Shown: positions 14,420 to 28,843 of the stretch, piece by piece
Layout: every line of letters begins with the position of its first letter
Position numbering within the stretch: position 1 is the first letter of the stretch
The notes under the pieces: model-generated
The model's input: only the letters and a program-made list of their open reading frames with translations
Database searches by the model: none
What the model was told of the DNA's origin: nothing
Position numbers and translations under genes: made by a program
Source of the DNA: Podarcis tiliguerta
Lineage: Eukaryota
Assembly (NCBI GenBank): GCA_965153285.1
Contig: OZ229111.1
DNA: 64,000 nucleotides
Reading direction: 5' to 3' (one strand)

Positions 14420-15504
14420 TTCCACAGGGTTGCCAGGTCACATGACTGGGCTGAAAGGGGTTTGGAGTGGGTGTAAGCCTCTCCTTGTCCTTCTCTGCCA
14501 CACCCTGTAACTCTGCTTTTTATGGACTTAGGGCAACATTTTTCTGGACCATGATGATCTTGGGTTAGATGTAATTGTAATTCAACCATTACCTTTTCAG
14601 GTGCCTCCAATTGGCATTTGTTGAGCTGAACTAGATAGACTTTTTGTATGACCCAGCAGGTTTCTTCTTATGTTCTTATCTTTAGGTGTATTACAGTAGC
14701 CAAGATTTATGCCAGGTAATTCCTTAGCAGTCTTAAATTACAAGCATCCCCAAATGATAATTTTGTGTAAGAGACTAAGCACCGGGGAGACACATCAACC
14801 ACAGACCACTAACTGTACCAATTAATTTGTAAATATACAAAATGGCAAGAAAAAGCATCTCTGTGTAGCCTTCACAGACTTGCCTTCTGCCTTAATAATG
14901 TGTGGTACATTATAATATCCTACTCTTGTCCCTTCCAGCTGATTATAAGCCCAGGTTCACCAGCAAGTAGATGCTTTTAGCTTGCATGCTTTTTCTGTTT
15001 GCATTTATAACCAGTTCACGTTTCTTCTTTCTAAGTCCACCTGGAGAAAAATTACTATTAACAGAAGTGCAACAAATGTCATCTGCAGAAAGTCATCTCT
15101 CATCCTCTGAGCAGTGTAAATCAAAGGAAGTCTGAAGCAGTGATAACCATGTTTTATTAAAGAATAGGAAAAGCATAAAGGATAGTCCCTTATGATTAGC
15201 TCTTTTCCTTCAATGTGTTTCTGCAAACTACCCCCCTAAACCCTTCAAAAGGTTCTGCAGAAATTCTGTTGTACACTCCACTACTATTCTTTACTGCTTA
15301 TTGAGCGCATGGGGACATTGTGCAAATATAAGGATACAACAGCTTGAAGCTTTCCCCCCCAAGCAGCTCCTTTAACAGCCTGCCCCCACATGCATATTAT
15401 TTGAATGTAGGTCCCATTAATTTACAAATGAACTTACTCTCAAGTAAGTACACCCTGGACTGAAGCCTAAAAGTTGTTTTTTTCAATAGTAAGACTTGTA
15501 TTTA

Positions 15505-15670
15505 TAGAATCATAGAATTGTAGAGTTGAGACTCCAAGGGTGTTGTAGTCCAGACACCTGAAATGAAGGAATCTCAACTAAAGCATCCAGGACCGAAGGC
15601 CATCCAACCTCTGCTTCAAAACTTCCACCACCTACCGAGGGAGTCTGTTCCACTGCTGAAGCTTAGATTT
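15505..15670 (-). mobile_element. CR1 3' terminal fragment
   Basis: atagaatcatagaattgtagagttg tail. A shorter sibling is at 20441-20515. Confidence 0.7.
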
Positions 15671-17640
15671 TTCCTCCCCCCCCCAAAAAAAACCCCTACT
15701 TTTGTATGCTGAATATTAGTAAAATATAGAATTTAACACACAAAACTGTTTCAATGTTTTTAAAATCACAAGTATCCTATTTACAAGTATTGTCTCTGTC
15801 TCAGAATATCTGTACTTTATTCTTTCTGTTTGTAGCGACAACATAGCCACTTCACAACTTGCAGTAAAAGTTAATATGCCTTGCAAAGTTAATAGTCTCT
15901 TAAAATCTGGGAATGAGAAGTACATCTCAGATAAGCTATTCAGAAGAAAATGGGAGAACATTTCTTGTATTTTTATTAGGTAATAATGTCTCCAACACAC
16001 TCTCCACTCCACAGTGCCTTTACATAACCAGCTTATGGAAATAAACTCTTATCAATTACCCTTTAATGCAAAATAAGAAACCAATAAATGCTAGCACAAA
16101 CTCTTGGGGCAGAATTAAAAAGCAATGGAACATCAGGGCTGATGTCTGGCACCTGGAAATCGGCAAGCATTTTAGCCAATGATTTTCAGTACTTTCGTTA
16201 TTGTCATCATCATTATTATTATTATTATTAATCCCTCCTGCTTCTCTTATTAGTGACTCTCAAGGTAGGAAAGAGTATTTTAAAACACCAAACACGTTAA
16301 TACTCACAAAATTTAAAGTTATGTCTGCCAGTGGTTATGTATATTTTAGATACTAAAGTACCGGGGGGAAATCTAAATAGTTTACAGGATTAGTAAACAC
16401 TCATGAATATAATTAATATTTTTACTAGTATGAAAAAACTGTTTGCCAAGAGGTACATGCGTGGGATCCCTAGCAGATGACAGAGAGGGGGCTGTAGCGT
16501 TTGCCTGACCTCATGGTAAGTACAGTAGGTCAATGATGCTTACTGGGAAAGAGAGAGAGAGTGGGAGGGGCAAGCCAGCAGGGAGGTCAGCACTGAGCAA
16601 ATGCACTGATGGAGCCAATCCAGCGCTTCTGCTGGTACATTTGCAGTTGCACAGCACCAACCTTCAAGCCACCTTTCGCCTCCCACCCTCCCTTCCGGGA
16701 AACACCAGCAACTCCATCGTCAGGAGGTCAGATAAGGCCCTGAAGACAGATCCATACAAATGTCTTAGGCTTGGGAGAACTTCAGTGCAGCCAGTTCATT
16801 CTCTCACTAAAAACATACCTGAAAGGCATGATCTATATTTTTAGTGATTCTAACTGCATTCTCCTATGCTTTGCTATAAAAGTATAGAAGAATGCTCTGT
16901 AAAGAGATAGGAAAGGATGCTTCTAAATATTCTTAGCAATGACATTTTAATTCTTGGCTCCAATCAAGCAAATATTTTTAAAAGAAACATTAGCCCCAAG
17001 CACATGTATCAATACATTCCATTTATATTCTGCACAAGGTGTTCAATAAAATGCATTGCTGATACCTCTTCAACTGTTTTACAAATGCTCAAGATTTAAA
17101 ATAAACAAATTAAGAATTATAGCTACAGTTAACTAACTACCATGTTGTCAAAAACAACTGCAACTATAAGTAAATCACCCAAAAGCAGAGACACAGAATA
17201 AATATAACCATCCTTTGCAGCTAATACGCTCTGACACTGCAAAACAGACATCTGGCTATACAAAGTTGACATGTATTTAGATATTATATAGGAAACACTG
17301 CAGGCGCCAACCATGTGATTTATAAGAAGCTACATTCTGGAAATACTTTGCTCAGAATCGTAAGCTGGGGTTGCAGTATGTACTACAATAAAGCCATCTT
17401 ATTTCTTATATTCTTTTTCTAAACATTAATCAAGCACACAAAATATTTGGGAAGGGCTGAGGGCTTCCTTTTCATTATTTTAAACCATGAAGATGAATTC
17501 TTAATTCATTATAATATTATATAAAAAAATTAAAAATGCTTACAAATACTAGATGGCAGTTGAAATTGCCACCGAATGCAACATAAATGAGTGAATAAAA
17601 GAGACTTGTAGTTCTCTTATTCTTTAAATTAGAGTTTAAA

Positions 17641-17691
17641 TAATTAATTGATGCATTAATTAATTGATGCATTAATTAATTGATGCATTAA
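17641..17691. repeat. 16-bp minisatellite (TAATTAATTGATGCAT)x3
   Basis: Three perfect tandem units seen directly. Confidence 0.95.
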
Positions 17692-19895
17692 CACTGATCC
17701 AGTCAATCTTCTCCCTCAACTCTGGAAGACTATGCTAAAGTCAAATAAGATACTGTTTCGTGAATTAGCATCCCTCTTGTTTAATGATTTTGAGGTATAC
17801 TTCAGCAATGACAAGCAAATCCTATACTGTATTCCTTTCACAGCTGCCCTCTGCACCCCAAAACATAGCTAGAAAGTGATGCTTACAATTGGTCCTCAAC
17901 TTGGAAAAACGGCTAAGTTGAACCCTGAAGGAAGAAGCAGAAGAGCAGGTCTTCCTTTAAGAACAGAATTGGGAGGGGAAATGCAAAGTGACTACGTATG
18001 CCCAGAGAGAACCACGTGAGAGTATTCTGAAAGCAGGTTTATTTGTCTTAATTTTCCCGATAAGCAGACAAGAATAGGTGGCTGCACACCGCTTATTGAG
18101 CACAAAACAGTTGGGAAAAGATGTCTGCTAAAATCCGTACTGATTATTTCACATCACTGTACGGGAGCAGTGGGACACAGTGTGTGGTAAATCCCACATG
18201 GAAGAAACTGAGAAGGGACAGGGGAAAAGAGGGATGTACTATTATACAGTGTCCCTACTATAAACTTCTGTCACCTCTCTATCCTTCCTGCCTTCCTAGA
18301 CCACACTCACAGGGATTATAAACCTCTGTTCCCCTCTTGCATGCCATAGGGCTGCCTTGGAAACTGGCTTTGCTTTGAATAATTTTAAAATGCAGCTGCT
18401 CTTTAAATACTGTATAATACTGTAATAAAAAGGAATGGAACAGCTCAGGTGTGATCAGAGCTATACAAATAGAACTAGTTATCTTGAGCTCATGTCCAAT
18501 AACGGTTTATGAACACTGCTAAAGGTTGCTTCACACATGCATTCTGAACCCTGATCTCCCAGGTCCTAGTCCAACACTCTAGAACCACTACACCACGCTA
18601 GCTTCCTAGAGTACTTCTGCTATGGGGCAGCTATATAAAGTAAGTAAATAAATATGGGGAAAACAAAATGTCCCTTAGAGAAGGATCTGAAATATTTTCC
18701 TTGAAGCTTGAATTTGTTTTAATCGAGGTTGTTTTATTTGATGTTTTAAGGTGTTGTAAACTGCTTTGAGATTTTTTCTTTAAAATATAAAGCAGTATAG
18801 AAACTAAGTATTATTATTTATATTACCATCATCATCATTATTATTATATCACTACAAACGACACCTAGACATTCCACTGTGGCGATTGCAACCTAGGTTA
18901 AAAGAGCCATTTGGTGATCAGCTTATATATCTGACTTTATAACACTGTTTTGATCATTTGCATGCATTTGTGAGTGAATGAGTCTCTGAGAAGAACTTGG
19001 ATATCATTCGATGTCACCTCAGAAAGAATGCTTTGCAATGAGTCAATTCCCACATTCGGCTGTCAAGTCACCAAGCACCAAGGAACTGATCATTATTAAG
19101 GTCATGAACACATGCATGGAAACTGGCCCACAATTGCACAATATGCCTGTGGGACAGGTAAACGGTTAAAGTGAGTGCAGCTAAAATATCTTGTTCAAAC
19201 CATTCCCAGACTGCTATATATGGCCAAGAATTTATTTTCGCACAAGAGTCTGTGAAGAAAAGGCTCCATAGAATAGCTTTTTGTACTACAAAAAATGGTA
19301 ACTACAAAGTATTGGGTTTCCCTATTCACGGTAATGAAGGGTTCAGCATTTTAAGGTCAGCCGACAAGTGTTTTGTTATTATTTTCCTCACAATACCCAA
19401 ACTTTCATTTTTTCATATAAATAAAGAAGAACGCCACGACCTTTTCAAGCTGTCAAAATAAAGTAAATGTTTGCTTTGGCATGACAGCCCTGGCATAAAG
19501 CTGGAGGCAGCAAAAGCCTGTGAACCCTTACCTAACTCTTCCTGCTGCTTGGTCTGCATTGGGCTAAAGCACGGGGACTCAGCTGACTTCTTTCTGGCAT
19601 AACCTCATTTTGCAAATACACATAAATATAGTGTGACCTCATTTATAAATAAAACGTTATTTCATTTATCTTCAGTGGCATATTCATCATCGGGAACACA
19701 CATTAGCAAAAATGTACATTTTCTGCTATGGGTGTTGCTTGCTAATTAATGAGGTGCCTACCACATTCCAAAGAAATATTATTTGTTTATATGAGGCAGG
19801 TATTCCATTTACAGCAGCAGTGAAAATTAACATTACCAAAACTCATATGCCACCTATCTGTTCCATCATCAGTTTTCCTGCTCTGCCAACCTATA

Positions 19896-20110
19896 CAGTG
19901 GTACCTCGGGTTAAGAGATTAATTCGTTCTGGAGGTCCGTTCTTAACCTGAAACTGTTCTTAACATGAGGTACCACTTTAGCTAATGGGGCCTCCCGCTG
20001 CCGCCACGCGATTTCTGTTCTCATCCTGAAACAAAGTTCTTAACCCAAGGTACTGTTTCTAGGTTAGCGGAGTCTGTAACCTGAAGCGTCTGTAACTCGA
20101 GGTACCAGTG
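19896..20110 (-). mobile_element. Tc1/mariner MITE, family D
   Basis: Same TIRs and TA TSD; inverted relative to the 3909 copy. Confidence 0.9.
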
Positions 20111-22703
20111 TACATTTAAAAAACCCACCTCTTATTCCTATGACATGACTAAAGGCTACATAGTGGCAGTGTTTCATATACTCCTTTGATCTAGTTACAC
20201 TTAAGAGAGAGAAATAGTGTCAACCACTTCTTGTATCTGTTAAACTAAAAAGTAAACATTTGATGAGTTATGATGGACTTGTATAGGTTTCCTTGGAATT
20301 CTAAACTCTTGTTTTATTAATGGTGGTATTATTGCTTGTTAACCGCTATATGGTGTTTTTTTTAAGCAGAGAGCTATACAAATATAATACATAAAATAAA
20401 ATAAAATGGCCACGCCCTATGTCTTCATGACTTTTACTTAACATAGAATCATAGAATTGTAGAGTTGGAAGGGACTCTGAGGGTCATCCAGTCCAGCTCC
20501 CTGCAATGCAAGAAGATTAGTTCATTTTCTCAAATAAATCTAGGCAACACAGTTGTACAGGGCAGGTTTCCATAACCTGGTGCCTGACAAATATTTTAGA
20601 CTGCAGCTCCCATCACCCCTCACTATTGGCCATGCAGCTTGGAGCTAATGGAAACTGGAACATCTGGAAGACACTAAGTTGGAGAAGGGGAGGTCCACCC
20701 CATAACCAGCAGCAGTGACCAGGATACTCTCAGTTGTTTATCCATTGAATAGTTAACATACTTGCTCCAAGTAACCTCCTGTACCTTTGCATGCTTTATA
20801 GGAGACAGGTGAAGGTGTTTTTAGTGTAGAATTAGTGCCTTGCTCTCTTCTGAGTTGGTGTCCAAGACACAAGATGTGACCTACTGGGGTGACTAGGTGG
20901 CAACCTCACATATATGGTAAGTCGTTCCCCTGTCAGGACCACCTCCATCCCAGATTCGGCCCAGAAAAATAAACAGGACAACATTTATATTTAGTTTGAC
21001 AGTTTTAAGCTGGCAACTTGTAAGGCAGAAGTGTCAGATTTCATTTACAACCCGAATATTTTCTAAGCCAGCTTTGAAGAAAAGCATTCAGTCCTATATT
21101 ACAATGAACTTTGTGATTTGGCCTGTTTCAATTTGTATGGTGCAAGAATAAAAAATGACTACTGATGACCTGTTAAGGAACTGGGTAGGCTTTACATATA
21201 AAAGCACAAATGGAAAAATAATAGTTTTATTTTTATTCCCTAAGTTGGTCTCCCTATTTCATCTCAGAAACGATTTTCAGTTCAAATACCGTATCTATTT
21301 ACATGACACTACATTTCTTCTTCACACACTTTATAGAATTCTCTCTCATGCCTGAGCTGATTGAGCTGAAAAAACCAATTTCCACATGCCAAGCATTGCC
21401 CATTTTAAATTCACTGCTCAGCTGGCAGGTTCAGGTTGTTAAATTGCTGAAAGCCTCTTTAGGCAGAAGTAGCTTCATTTGTCTTGCGCTTCCACGTAGA
21501 GAGAGCCTCGACCCCTTCAAATGAGAACACCTTTCAAAACGATTTAAGCTTTTTACTTATTCTGCACCACTCAGTGAAGTCAAGGAACATCCATGCAATT
21601 CTCAGTTTTCCATTTGGATAAAAGATAATTTCCATCATAAACTTAAAACTGAACACAACCAAATTATTGCTCTGCCCTGAGCAGAAGATACAAGCAAATG
21701 GTTTATTATCACACTCATCCTAAAACCACCTTCAAAGCTCTAAGCATTGCTATGAGCTGTTTCCACAAAAAGCAAGCAAAAAAGATAATGGAAGGGAATA
21801 AAAATCCCTTGTTTCTATACTTTTCTTTTTTTAATGTATATTTTTCAAAAGGAGTCACACTCTGCCTCTGTAACCTCCTGGTTGCAGAACCCATCTGGAT
21901 TTGTGTGTAGCCCATGCAGGACTGCTTGTTCAGTGAAGAGGAAATTCCTCCTTAAGGCAGATATGAATCCTCAACACGCTTCTTCCTTCCCAGACAACCA
22001 ACTTCTGTCTTGGTTTTTGAAGATGACAGAGGGAAAATATGGCACAATGCCTTGTTTCTACAACAGGAAGGACACTCAGATCTCAGTAGCAGATTAAATA
22101 CCATGTAAACTAGGGAAAAAGTATTGAAAAGTCATCTAGCCACATTCAAGCAGTACTTACTCTAACTTATTACTAAGATAGTTTTTTCAACTCTTCTTTA
22201 AAACCTCTGAAGATATTCCTCAGCTTCCCTTCAGGTATTTTCTCCTTTAACTTGTCCATTCCATGAAAAAGGCTCCCTTCTCCACCACACACCCGTTCTT
22301 ACACAGGGCAGAATGACAATGGAAAGCCTGTGGCCCACCACCTACTGTTTTTCAGGGACCTCAAAGGATCAGACAATTATATTTTATGTGCTAAATGCCA
22401 CCAATTATTCATTTCATATATCCCATCTTTACTCCAGAGACCTTAAAGTGGAATACAGACTCCCATCCTGATTTTTGCCAAGCCCAAACCTCCTTAGCTT
22501 CTGCAAAACTGCTGCATCATCTCCCTTCCTATAATACCCTAGGATCAATGAGACAGGAGCAACTAGTGCCAAGACATTTTATATTCTACTGTTGTGGGGC
22601 TGCATCAGGCAATGTCATACTGAATACAGCAGCCTGTATCCTTCACAGTGACCTGAAGCTATTAGTCAGCATCACTTGCTGGCTGCCTGGGGCTGATAGG
22701 GCT

Positions 22704-22953
22704 GAGAGCCAGTGTGGTGTAGTGGTTAAGAGCGGTAGTCTCGTAATCTGGGGAACCGGGTTCGCGTCTCCGCTCCTCCACATGCAGCTGCTGGGTGACC
22801 TTGGGCCAGTCACACTTCTCTGAAGTCTCTCAGCCCCACTCACCTCAGAGAGTGTTTGTTGTGGGGGAGGAAGGGAAAGGAGAATGTTAGCCGCTTTGAG
22901 ACTCCTTAAAGGGAGTGAAAGGCGGGATATCAAATCCAAACTCTTCTTCTTCT
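22704..22953 (+). mobile_element. tRNA-derived SINE, Squam3-type, full length
   Basis: GAGAGCCAGTGTGGTGTAGTGGTTAAGAGC head with A and B boxes, and a (CTT)n tail. Confidence 0.88.
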
Positions 22954-23340
22954 GGTCCAAAATGCATGGAGAGCAACCAGGTTGAGGAAGGCCACTCCAA
23001 AGCAAAGTAAGCCAGCATTTCCAAATCACAATCAGTAATCACAAGCAATTGATTCTGCACTGGCCAGACGTCATCTGGAATACTGTATCCAGTTCTAGGC
23101 ACCACACTTTAAGAAGGATGTGCAGGCTCAGGGGAACACAACAAGATGGACAATAGTATGGGAAACATGTTATGAGAAAAGTTGGAAGGGCCTCGGGCAT
23201 ATTTAGCCTGGAGAAGGGAAGACTGAGAAGGGCTGTCGCTTAGAAGTCAGAAAGATTTGTTCTCTGCTGCCCCAGAAGGCAAGGCTAGCTAGATCTAAAG
23301 GACGTAAGTTGCAGGAGGGTAGATTTCAGGGGAATCTCAT

Positions 23341-23587
23341 TTATTATTAATTATTATTATTATTATTATTATTTATTTGTACCCTGCCCATCTGGCTGGG
23401 TTTCCCCAGCCACTCTGGGTGCCTTCCAACAGAGATTAAAAATACATTAAAACATCAGTCATTAAAAACTTCCCTAAACAGGGCTGCCTTCAGATGTCTT
23501 CTAAACATCAGGTAGTTGTTTATCTCTGAAGGGAGGGCATTCCACAGGGTGGGTGCCACTACCGAGAAGGCCCTCTGCCTGGTTCCC

Positions 23588-23588
<1 letters not shown>
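23341..23588 (-). mobile_element. L2-type LINE 3' end nested in CR1
   Basis: (TTA)n tail followed by gggagggcattccacagggtgggtgccactaccgagaaggccct (the RAFSVVAPTLWNALP motif on the minus strand). Confidence 0.7.
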
Positions 23589-23619
<31 letters not shown>

Positions 23620-23632
23620 TAATAACAATAAT
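23589..23632 (+). repeat. (AAT)n microsatellite
   Basis: Direct observation. Confidence 0.95.
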
Positions 23633-24506
23633 TTTTTATTTAATGGTGAGAAAAGTTTGGCAAATGGAACCAGTTATCGAGGGGAGGGACTGTCCTTAGC
23701 TGAACATATTCAAGTAGATGCTGCAGAGCCATTTTGTAGCCCTTGACTTCCTGTATTAAGTTGGGGTTTGGATCGGGTGACCTGCAAGGCTCCCTTCCAA
23801 CTCTATGATTCTATTATTTTTTTCCTGAACACAGAGGCCATTTCAATTCCATTCCATTCCAAAATAAATACTTGCCTATATTTTATCAGATCAGTTACTA
23901 CATTGTTAAAGGGAGACCTACAAGAACTGCCACTTGCTTCACATTTAATGCTTCACATTAAAGCAGAAGCTCAGCAAAGGACTTGAAGACAGCTTTAATA
24001 TTTCTCTTTTATCAGTCGTGTCCTCCTACATATCCTCTCAGACCAAACACTCATCATTGCCTTAACTTATTGCTGACTAATCTGCCCAGAGGCTATCTCA
24101 TTCATATTTGTGTTCTTTGGCAGTTGCATAAAGGTTAGGAAAAATATTTTAAGTGGTTATTCAGTGACTATTTCCTGCTAAAGGGTCTCCAAGGGGCTAA
24201 AGAATATTCTCTTGCAAACATTTTAAGCTGCAGCATTTCAGAGAAGATGAAATGTTGCCTCAGAGCTGCCTGATAGTTGCCTTTTTCACAACTGTTCACT
24301 AGTATTCACAGACACTCTTAGCTGCTGCATTAATGACACTTTTACATGTTGGTTTCTTTTTTTCCTAGGTCACTGTGATCCCAGCTAATTTTGGATCACA
24401 CTGTAAAAATGTTGTTATTGTGCCACATAGAAAGTCAAACATGACCATGAAGACAACTCAGGTGATCGCTATCACTCTGAATTGGCTTCATGAAGATACT
24501 CTATAC

Positions 24507-24759
24507 AGTGAGTAGACAAACTAAGGCCTGGGGGCCGGATCTGGCCCAATCGCCTTCTAAATCTGACCTGCGGACGGTCTGGGAATCAGCGTGTTTTTAC
24601 ATGAGTAGAATGTGTGCTTTTATTTAAAATGCATCTTTGGGTTATTTCTGGGGTATAGGAATTCATTCATCCCCCCCCAAAAAAAAATATAGTCCGGCCC
24701 CCCACAAGGTCTGAGGGACAGTGGACCAGCCCCCTGCTGAAAAGGTTTGCTGACCCCTG
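24507..24759 (+). mobile_element. hAT-type MITE (family B)
   Basis: Near-identical to 14193-14419; TSD ctctatac/ctctacac. Confidence 0.88.
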
Positions 24760-26182
24760 CTCTACACTGTCTCTATATTCTAAAATGCCTGTGATATAAA
24801 GTTTTGAAATGTACTGTGCAATACTTGAAAGGTGTAATATACGACTAAGAAATGGTAATACTTAATGGAAAAGGAAGAACAGTAACAAAAAATGGTATAT
24901 TCCGGCATCATTAGAGCATGTGTTGTTGGAAAGGTAGAGTACGCATTCAGTACTTCTACAAAGCAAACACTTCTTTCCAGCTGTTTCTACAAAGCAACTT
25001 AAGGTAAGCAGTTTCCATAAACCAAACAGTTATTCCCAATCTGAGGAAAAGTTTGGAACGGATGAATTCCTGTTGTGGGATTTAACCATGTCATTCTGTA
25101 TTGTACGCTGTTCTTTGAACAGAACACTGAAATAGTGTCATGTTCCCAGTATCAAAATAATCTAAATTTAGAATCTTTAATTCTTTTCTGGGCAGTGTTA
25201 AAATACACTTCAGTTAAACAGTTATGATAACTAACATTAAGCGCCATAATTGAAATCAGCTGCAGATCTGTATTTTTAAAGTGTCCTCATAAATATGGTA
25301 GAGTGCATGATGAGACCACAGTGTGTCTGATAAGCATAATACTGCTTTAGGGAACATGCTATTCAGTTCTGTGAAAAGGCATTTTTGCTACTTGGCCACT
25401 CCGAAAAAAACAGTCCATCTTGCCTGAGGCACTTCCACCACTGGCGAAGGGCAGCCTATCCTTCTGTCACACAGTTTTTTATGGTTTCCACCATAAAAGG
25501 ACAGTTATCAACCGAATAAACCACATTAAAGAAACATAAACAGAGCCAGCCGTTTGCTTTTTATGTAACACAGATGGAACTAATATTATGACCTTCCTTG
25601 TACTAGGAGTTAAAGGAAACCGAAGTGTGGAAAACAAACTTTCTAATGCAGGACAGCCCAAGTCATTTTGCTGCCTGAGACAAGATAGCGACCATCACCA
25701 CTACAAGAACACCAGTCTCTACTTACTGCTGGTGCCGCAGAGACGCTACCTCAAGTTTTCTGAAGTTTTGCCAAAGTGCCTGGCCCTGGCAGCTGCCAGC
25801 AATGCAGGGTTGTTCTGACACCCCATGACCATGGGAGGCAGGCAACTGGAGAGATCTCTGCTACCAGCCCATAAAAGAGTTGGTTCTGTTCTAATCACAA
25901 GACCTTTGGCTGCCCAGACAGAGCTAACCAAGTTAGTGCAACCCCAAATGCACCCGATATATTTCAGCCAACAGCTGCAAGGACCATTTACAAATGAGAG
26001 GAGCTGAAAGAGAACACCATTGTCTTGTCTCATCAGACAGCATATCAGCCCAATCCATTTTACATCCCTATGATTAGAACCTGGACGCAGTTATCAGCAG
26101 TTTTGTCTGTAGCAATGAGCGGGTGGCAATAGCCCTATTCTGGGATTCCTCCTTGCATGATTAAAACTGAAACCGAACGGAA

Positions 26183-26300
26183 GGAGTGTAGCTCATCTGC
26201 TTTGCATGTGAAAAGTCCCAGGTTCAAGCCCCAGCTCCTCCAGGTAAGGCCTTGAATGTTCCCCATCTGAGCCACTGTCAGTCAGTGTGGACATTGTGGA
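26183..26300 (+). mobile_element. Older tRNA-derived SINE fragment (Squam2-like)
   Basis: gtgtagctc...ctgctttgcatgtgaaaagtcccaggttcaagcccc...gagccactgtcagtcagtgtggac. Confidence 0.5.
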
Positions 26301-27138
26301 CTAATGGGAGTCTGAGTTGGCAGTGATGGACTAGGAACAAGACCTTGGGGTTCATAGTGGATAGCTCAATGAAGATATTGACCCAGTCTGAAAGGTGTAC
26401 ATTTCAGTATTACACAGTATAAGGCAGTCTTTGCCGGAAACATGGGTCTAATCTTATTCAACCCTCTTAGGTGAACCTGGAAACCAACTAAAAGGCCAGT
26501 GCAGATCACCGAGTACAGGTGTGATATGCATGCTTTTAGCAAGCACCCTTTCATCAAACAAGAAGTTACACGCACTACTGACTGGGGTTTCCAAGAAGCT
26601 TAGTAGAGCAACGCAGTGGGGGAGTAACTGCAAGTGTAGTTTTTCTGAAACATTTGGCTTATGCTTTATTTATTCAGTAGTTGCAGCGTCTTGTTTATTG
26701 AGAACTAAAGCCTGTAAGGCTGGTGCTAGCATGAGGCTATCCTTCATTTACTTTCACTGATAGCTACATTGGTCAGGTTATATTGCTTTTATAACCTTGT
26801 GCTGTTTACATTTCAGATAAAGAGCATCCCATGTTTGTCCTTTCTGTGATTTATGAGAAGCCTGATCTTTCCCCCATAATTCTAGGCGGTCCTGTGGAAC
26901 CTTAAAACTTTAAATGTCAACAAAGATAGCTATTTCTTACAGATCCCTCTTCAGAAATAACAGCTAAAATGTTTATTCAATGTGCTGGAATTACCTACAC
27001 TCTCGGTTGCATATTTGAATACACAAATCCCATTCCCTTTTTGAGCAAAGGAAGAAATTAAATGGTGCTGTTATCTTTGTAGGTGGTCCTATGGCACATA
27101 ACTAAAAAGCTCTCAAAGTGGGGCAAGGCCGCTATCTA

Positions 27139-27389
27139 CAGTGGTACCTTGGGTTAAGTACTTAATTTATTCTGGAGGTCCGTTCTTAACATGAAACTGT
27201 TCTTAACCTGAAGCACCACTTTAGCTAATGGGGCCTTCCGCTCCCACTGTCACCGCACTGCCAGAGCACGATTTCTGTTCTCATCCTGAAGCAAAGTTCT
27301 TAACCCGATGTACTATTTCTGGGTTAGCTGAGTCTGTAACCTGAAGCGTATGTAACCTGAAGCGTACGTAACCTGAAGAGGTACCACTG
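27139..27389 (-). mobile_element. Tc1/mariner MITE, family D
   Basis: Same TIRs and TA TSD. Confidence 0.9.
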
Positions 27390-28764
27390 TATTTAAGAGT
27401 ATAACTAGGTGCACTTTAGGTACAATTGGCAAGTGTTGTTATCTACTGCTTTTGTGTAGTCTTACAACTTACAGGCATTTTAATCCAAGCACACTGTACA
27501 GTTACACTGGGGTTAGAAGCAACTGTCCATTCTTTTGTTTAAAAGAAGGCCTTTGTTGTAAGCTCCCTTTTCCCTCCACCCAAATTCAGTTACTAAATGT
27601 AAAGATGAAATCCTGTACTCCAGATTCACTGCCTGGAGGTGAGGCAACTCGGGCAATACTGGAAGCTTGGCTGTGCTAGTGTTATCTTGGGATATGCCTT
27701 TGCCTGTGGGAATCTGCCCCTATAACATTGTGGGCATGCCAACACAAAAATACTGTTGGCACAACTCTGTCAGCAGAAGGAGCAAAATGTGACCAGAAAG
27801 AAGCAGGCATATACCAAATCCTACACTTCTTCAGACCCAAACCCCACAGTGATGGAATGTAATACCAATAGGTGGAGTAAATAGATCTCACTGAACTCAA
27901 TGGAAAGGGGGGGGGCATTGAGTTATGCATGGGGCTGTTAAAAGCGTGCCAGCCTATGACTGCTTTGAGTCAGCAGTATTGTTATGGAAGCTGAGAATGT
28001 GGATGGCAATGTTGCTCCATTCTACGCTTCTCGTTTCTTTTTCCTACTCCACTTTTGTGCCATACCAACTCTACATTAAGCCAATTTATAACAGCTAAAT
28101 GCCTGGCCAGCATGATGAGGCCGTCAAACTTTCTGACCCAAGTACTGAAAAGACCCAGGGCTCTTAAAACTGTGTGGAAGTAAGTTGAATTCCAGGGATA
28201 TTGCCTAAAGTCAAAATAGTTTATAGTTAAAACACATTGGGTTCAATGGTAGGTGGGATTGCCAAAGTTTTTTAGTTTTTTTTAAACCTGTCCCCATTAA
28301 AAAAAAATGCCCAGAGCGTAAAGCCGAATGTGCACAAGTTAAATGTGCCTAAGTTGCGAGTTACCTGTATAAATTCAATTTACTGCTGCTTATCTTTTTC
28401 AGTGTGTGCCACTGTTTTAGTTGCAATTGTTATTACTTTGATTGTTGCCCAGCAAGTAAGTATGGTTCCCGAAGGACAGATTTTGCACATTTAAATTAAA
28501 TAAAATACCTGTGTGGCTTGTTACATTTCTGTTATAATAGACAACTGAAAGAATGTGAAGATTCACAAACCTATGCTGTACTTTACTCATGTCAAATCAT
28601 GCTAACTTCTCAACCACAGCCAATCTACTTTGTGGATCAGCTGCAAATGATTACATGAAAAGAGGCACTAGAAATTAATAACAACCTTTGGATTGCTTTG
28701 ATTCACCCCACCCCCATTTTTCTACCCATAAAAAGATGAATAATTGAAATTTATTTTTTACTAT

Positions 28765-28843
28765 AAAGTAAAGGTAAAGGGACCCCTGACCGTTAGGTCC
28801 AGTTGCGGATGACTCTGGGGTTGCGGCGCTCATCTCACTTTAT
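28765..28843 (-). mobile_element. Sauria SINE 3' fragment
   Basis: aaaggtaaagggacccctgaccgttaggtccagttgcggatgactctggggttgcggcgctcatctc matches the other two copies. Confidence 0.85.

Larger units (their letters stand above)
23060..23815 (+). mobile_element. CR1 LINE 3' fragment interrupted by an L2 insertion
   Basis: ctggaatactgtatccagttctaggcaccacactttaagaaggat...tttagcctggagaag... and a terminal ccttccaactctatgattcta CR1 tail. Confidence 0.75.

Noticed and set aside
22704-22780. tRNA gene
   Set aside because: The tRNA-like sequence is a SINE head continuing into SINE body and tail; no complete cloverleaf.
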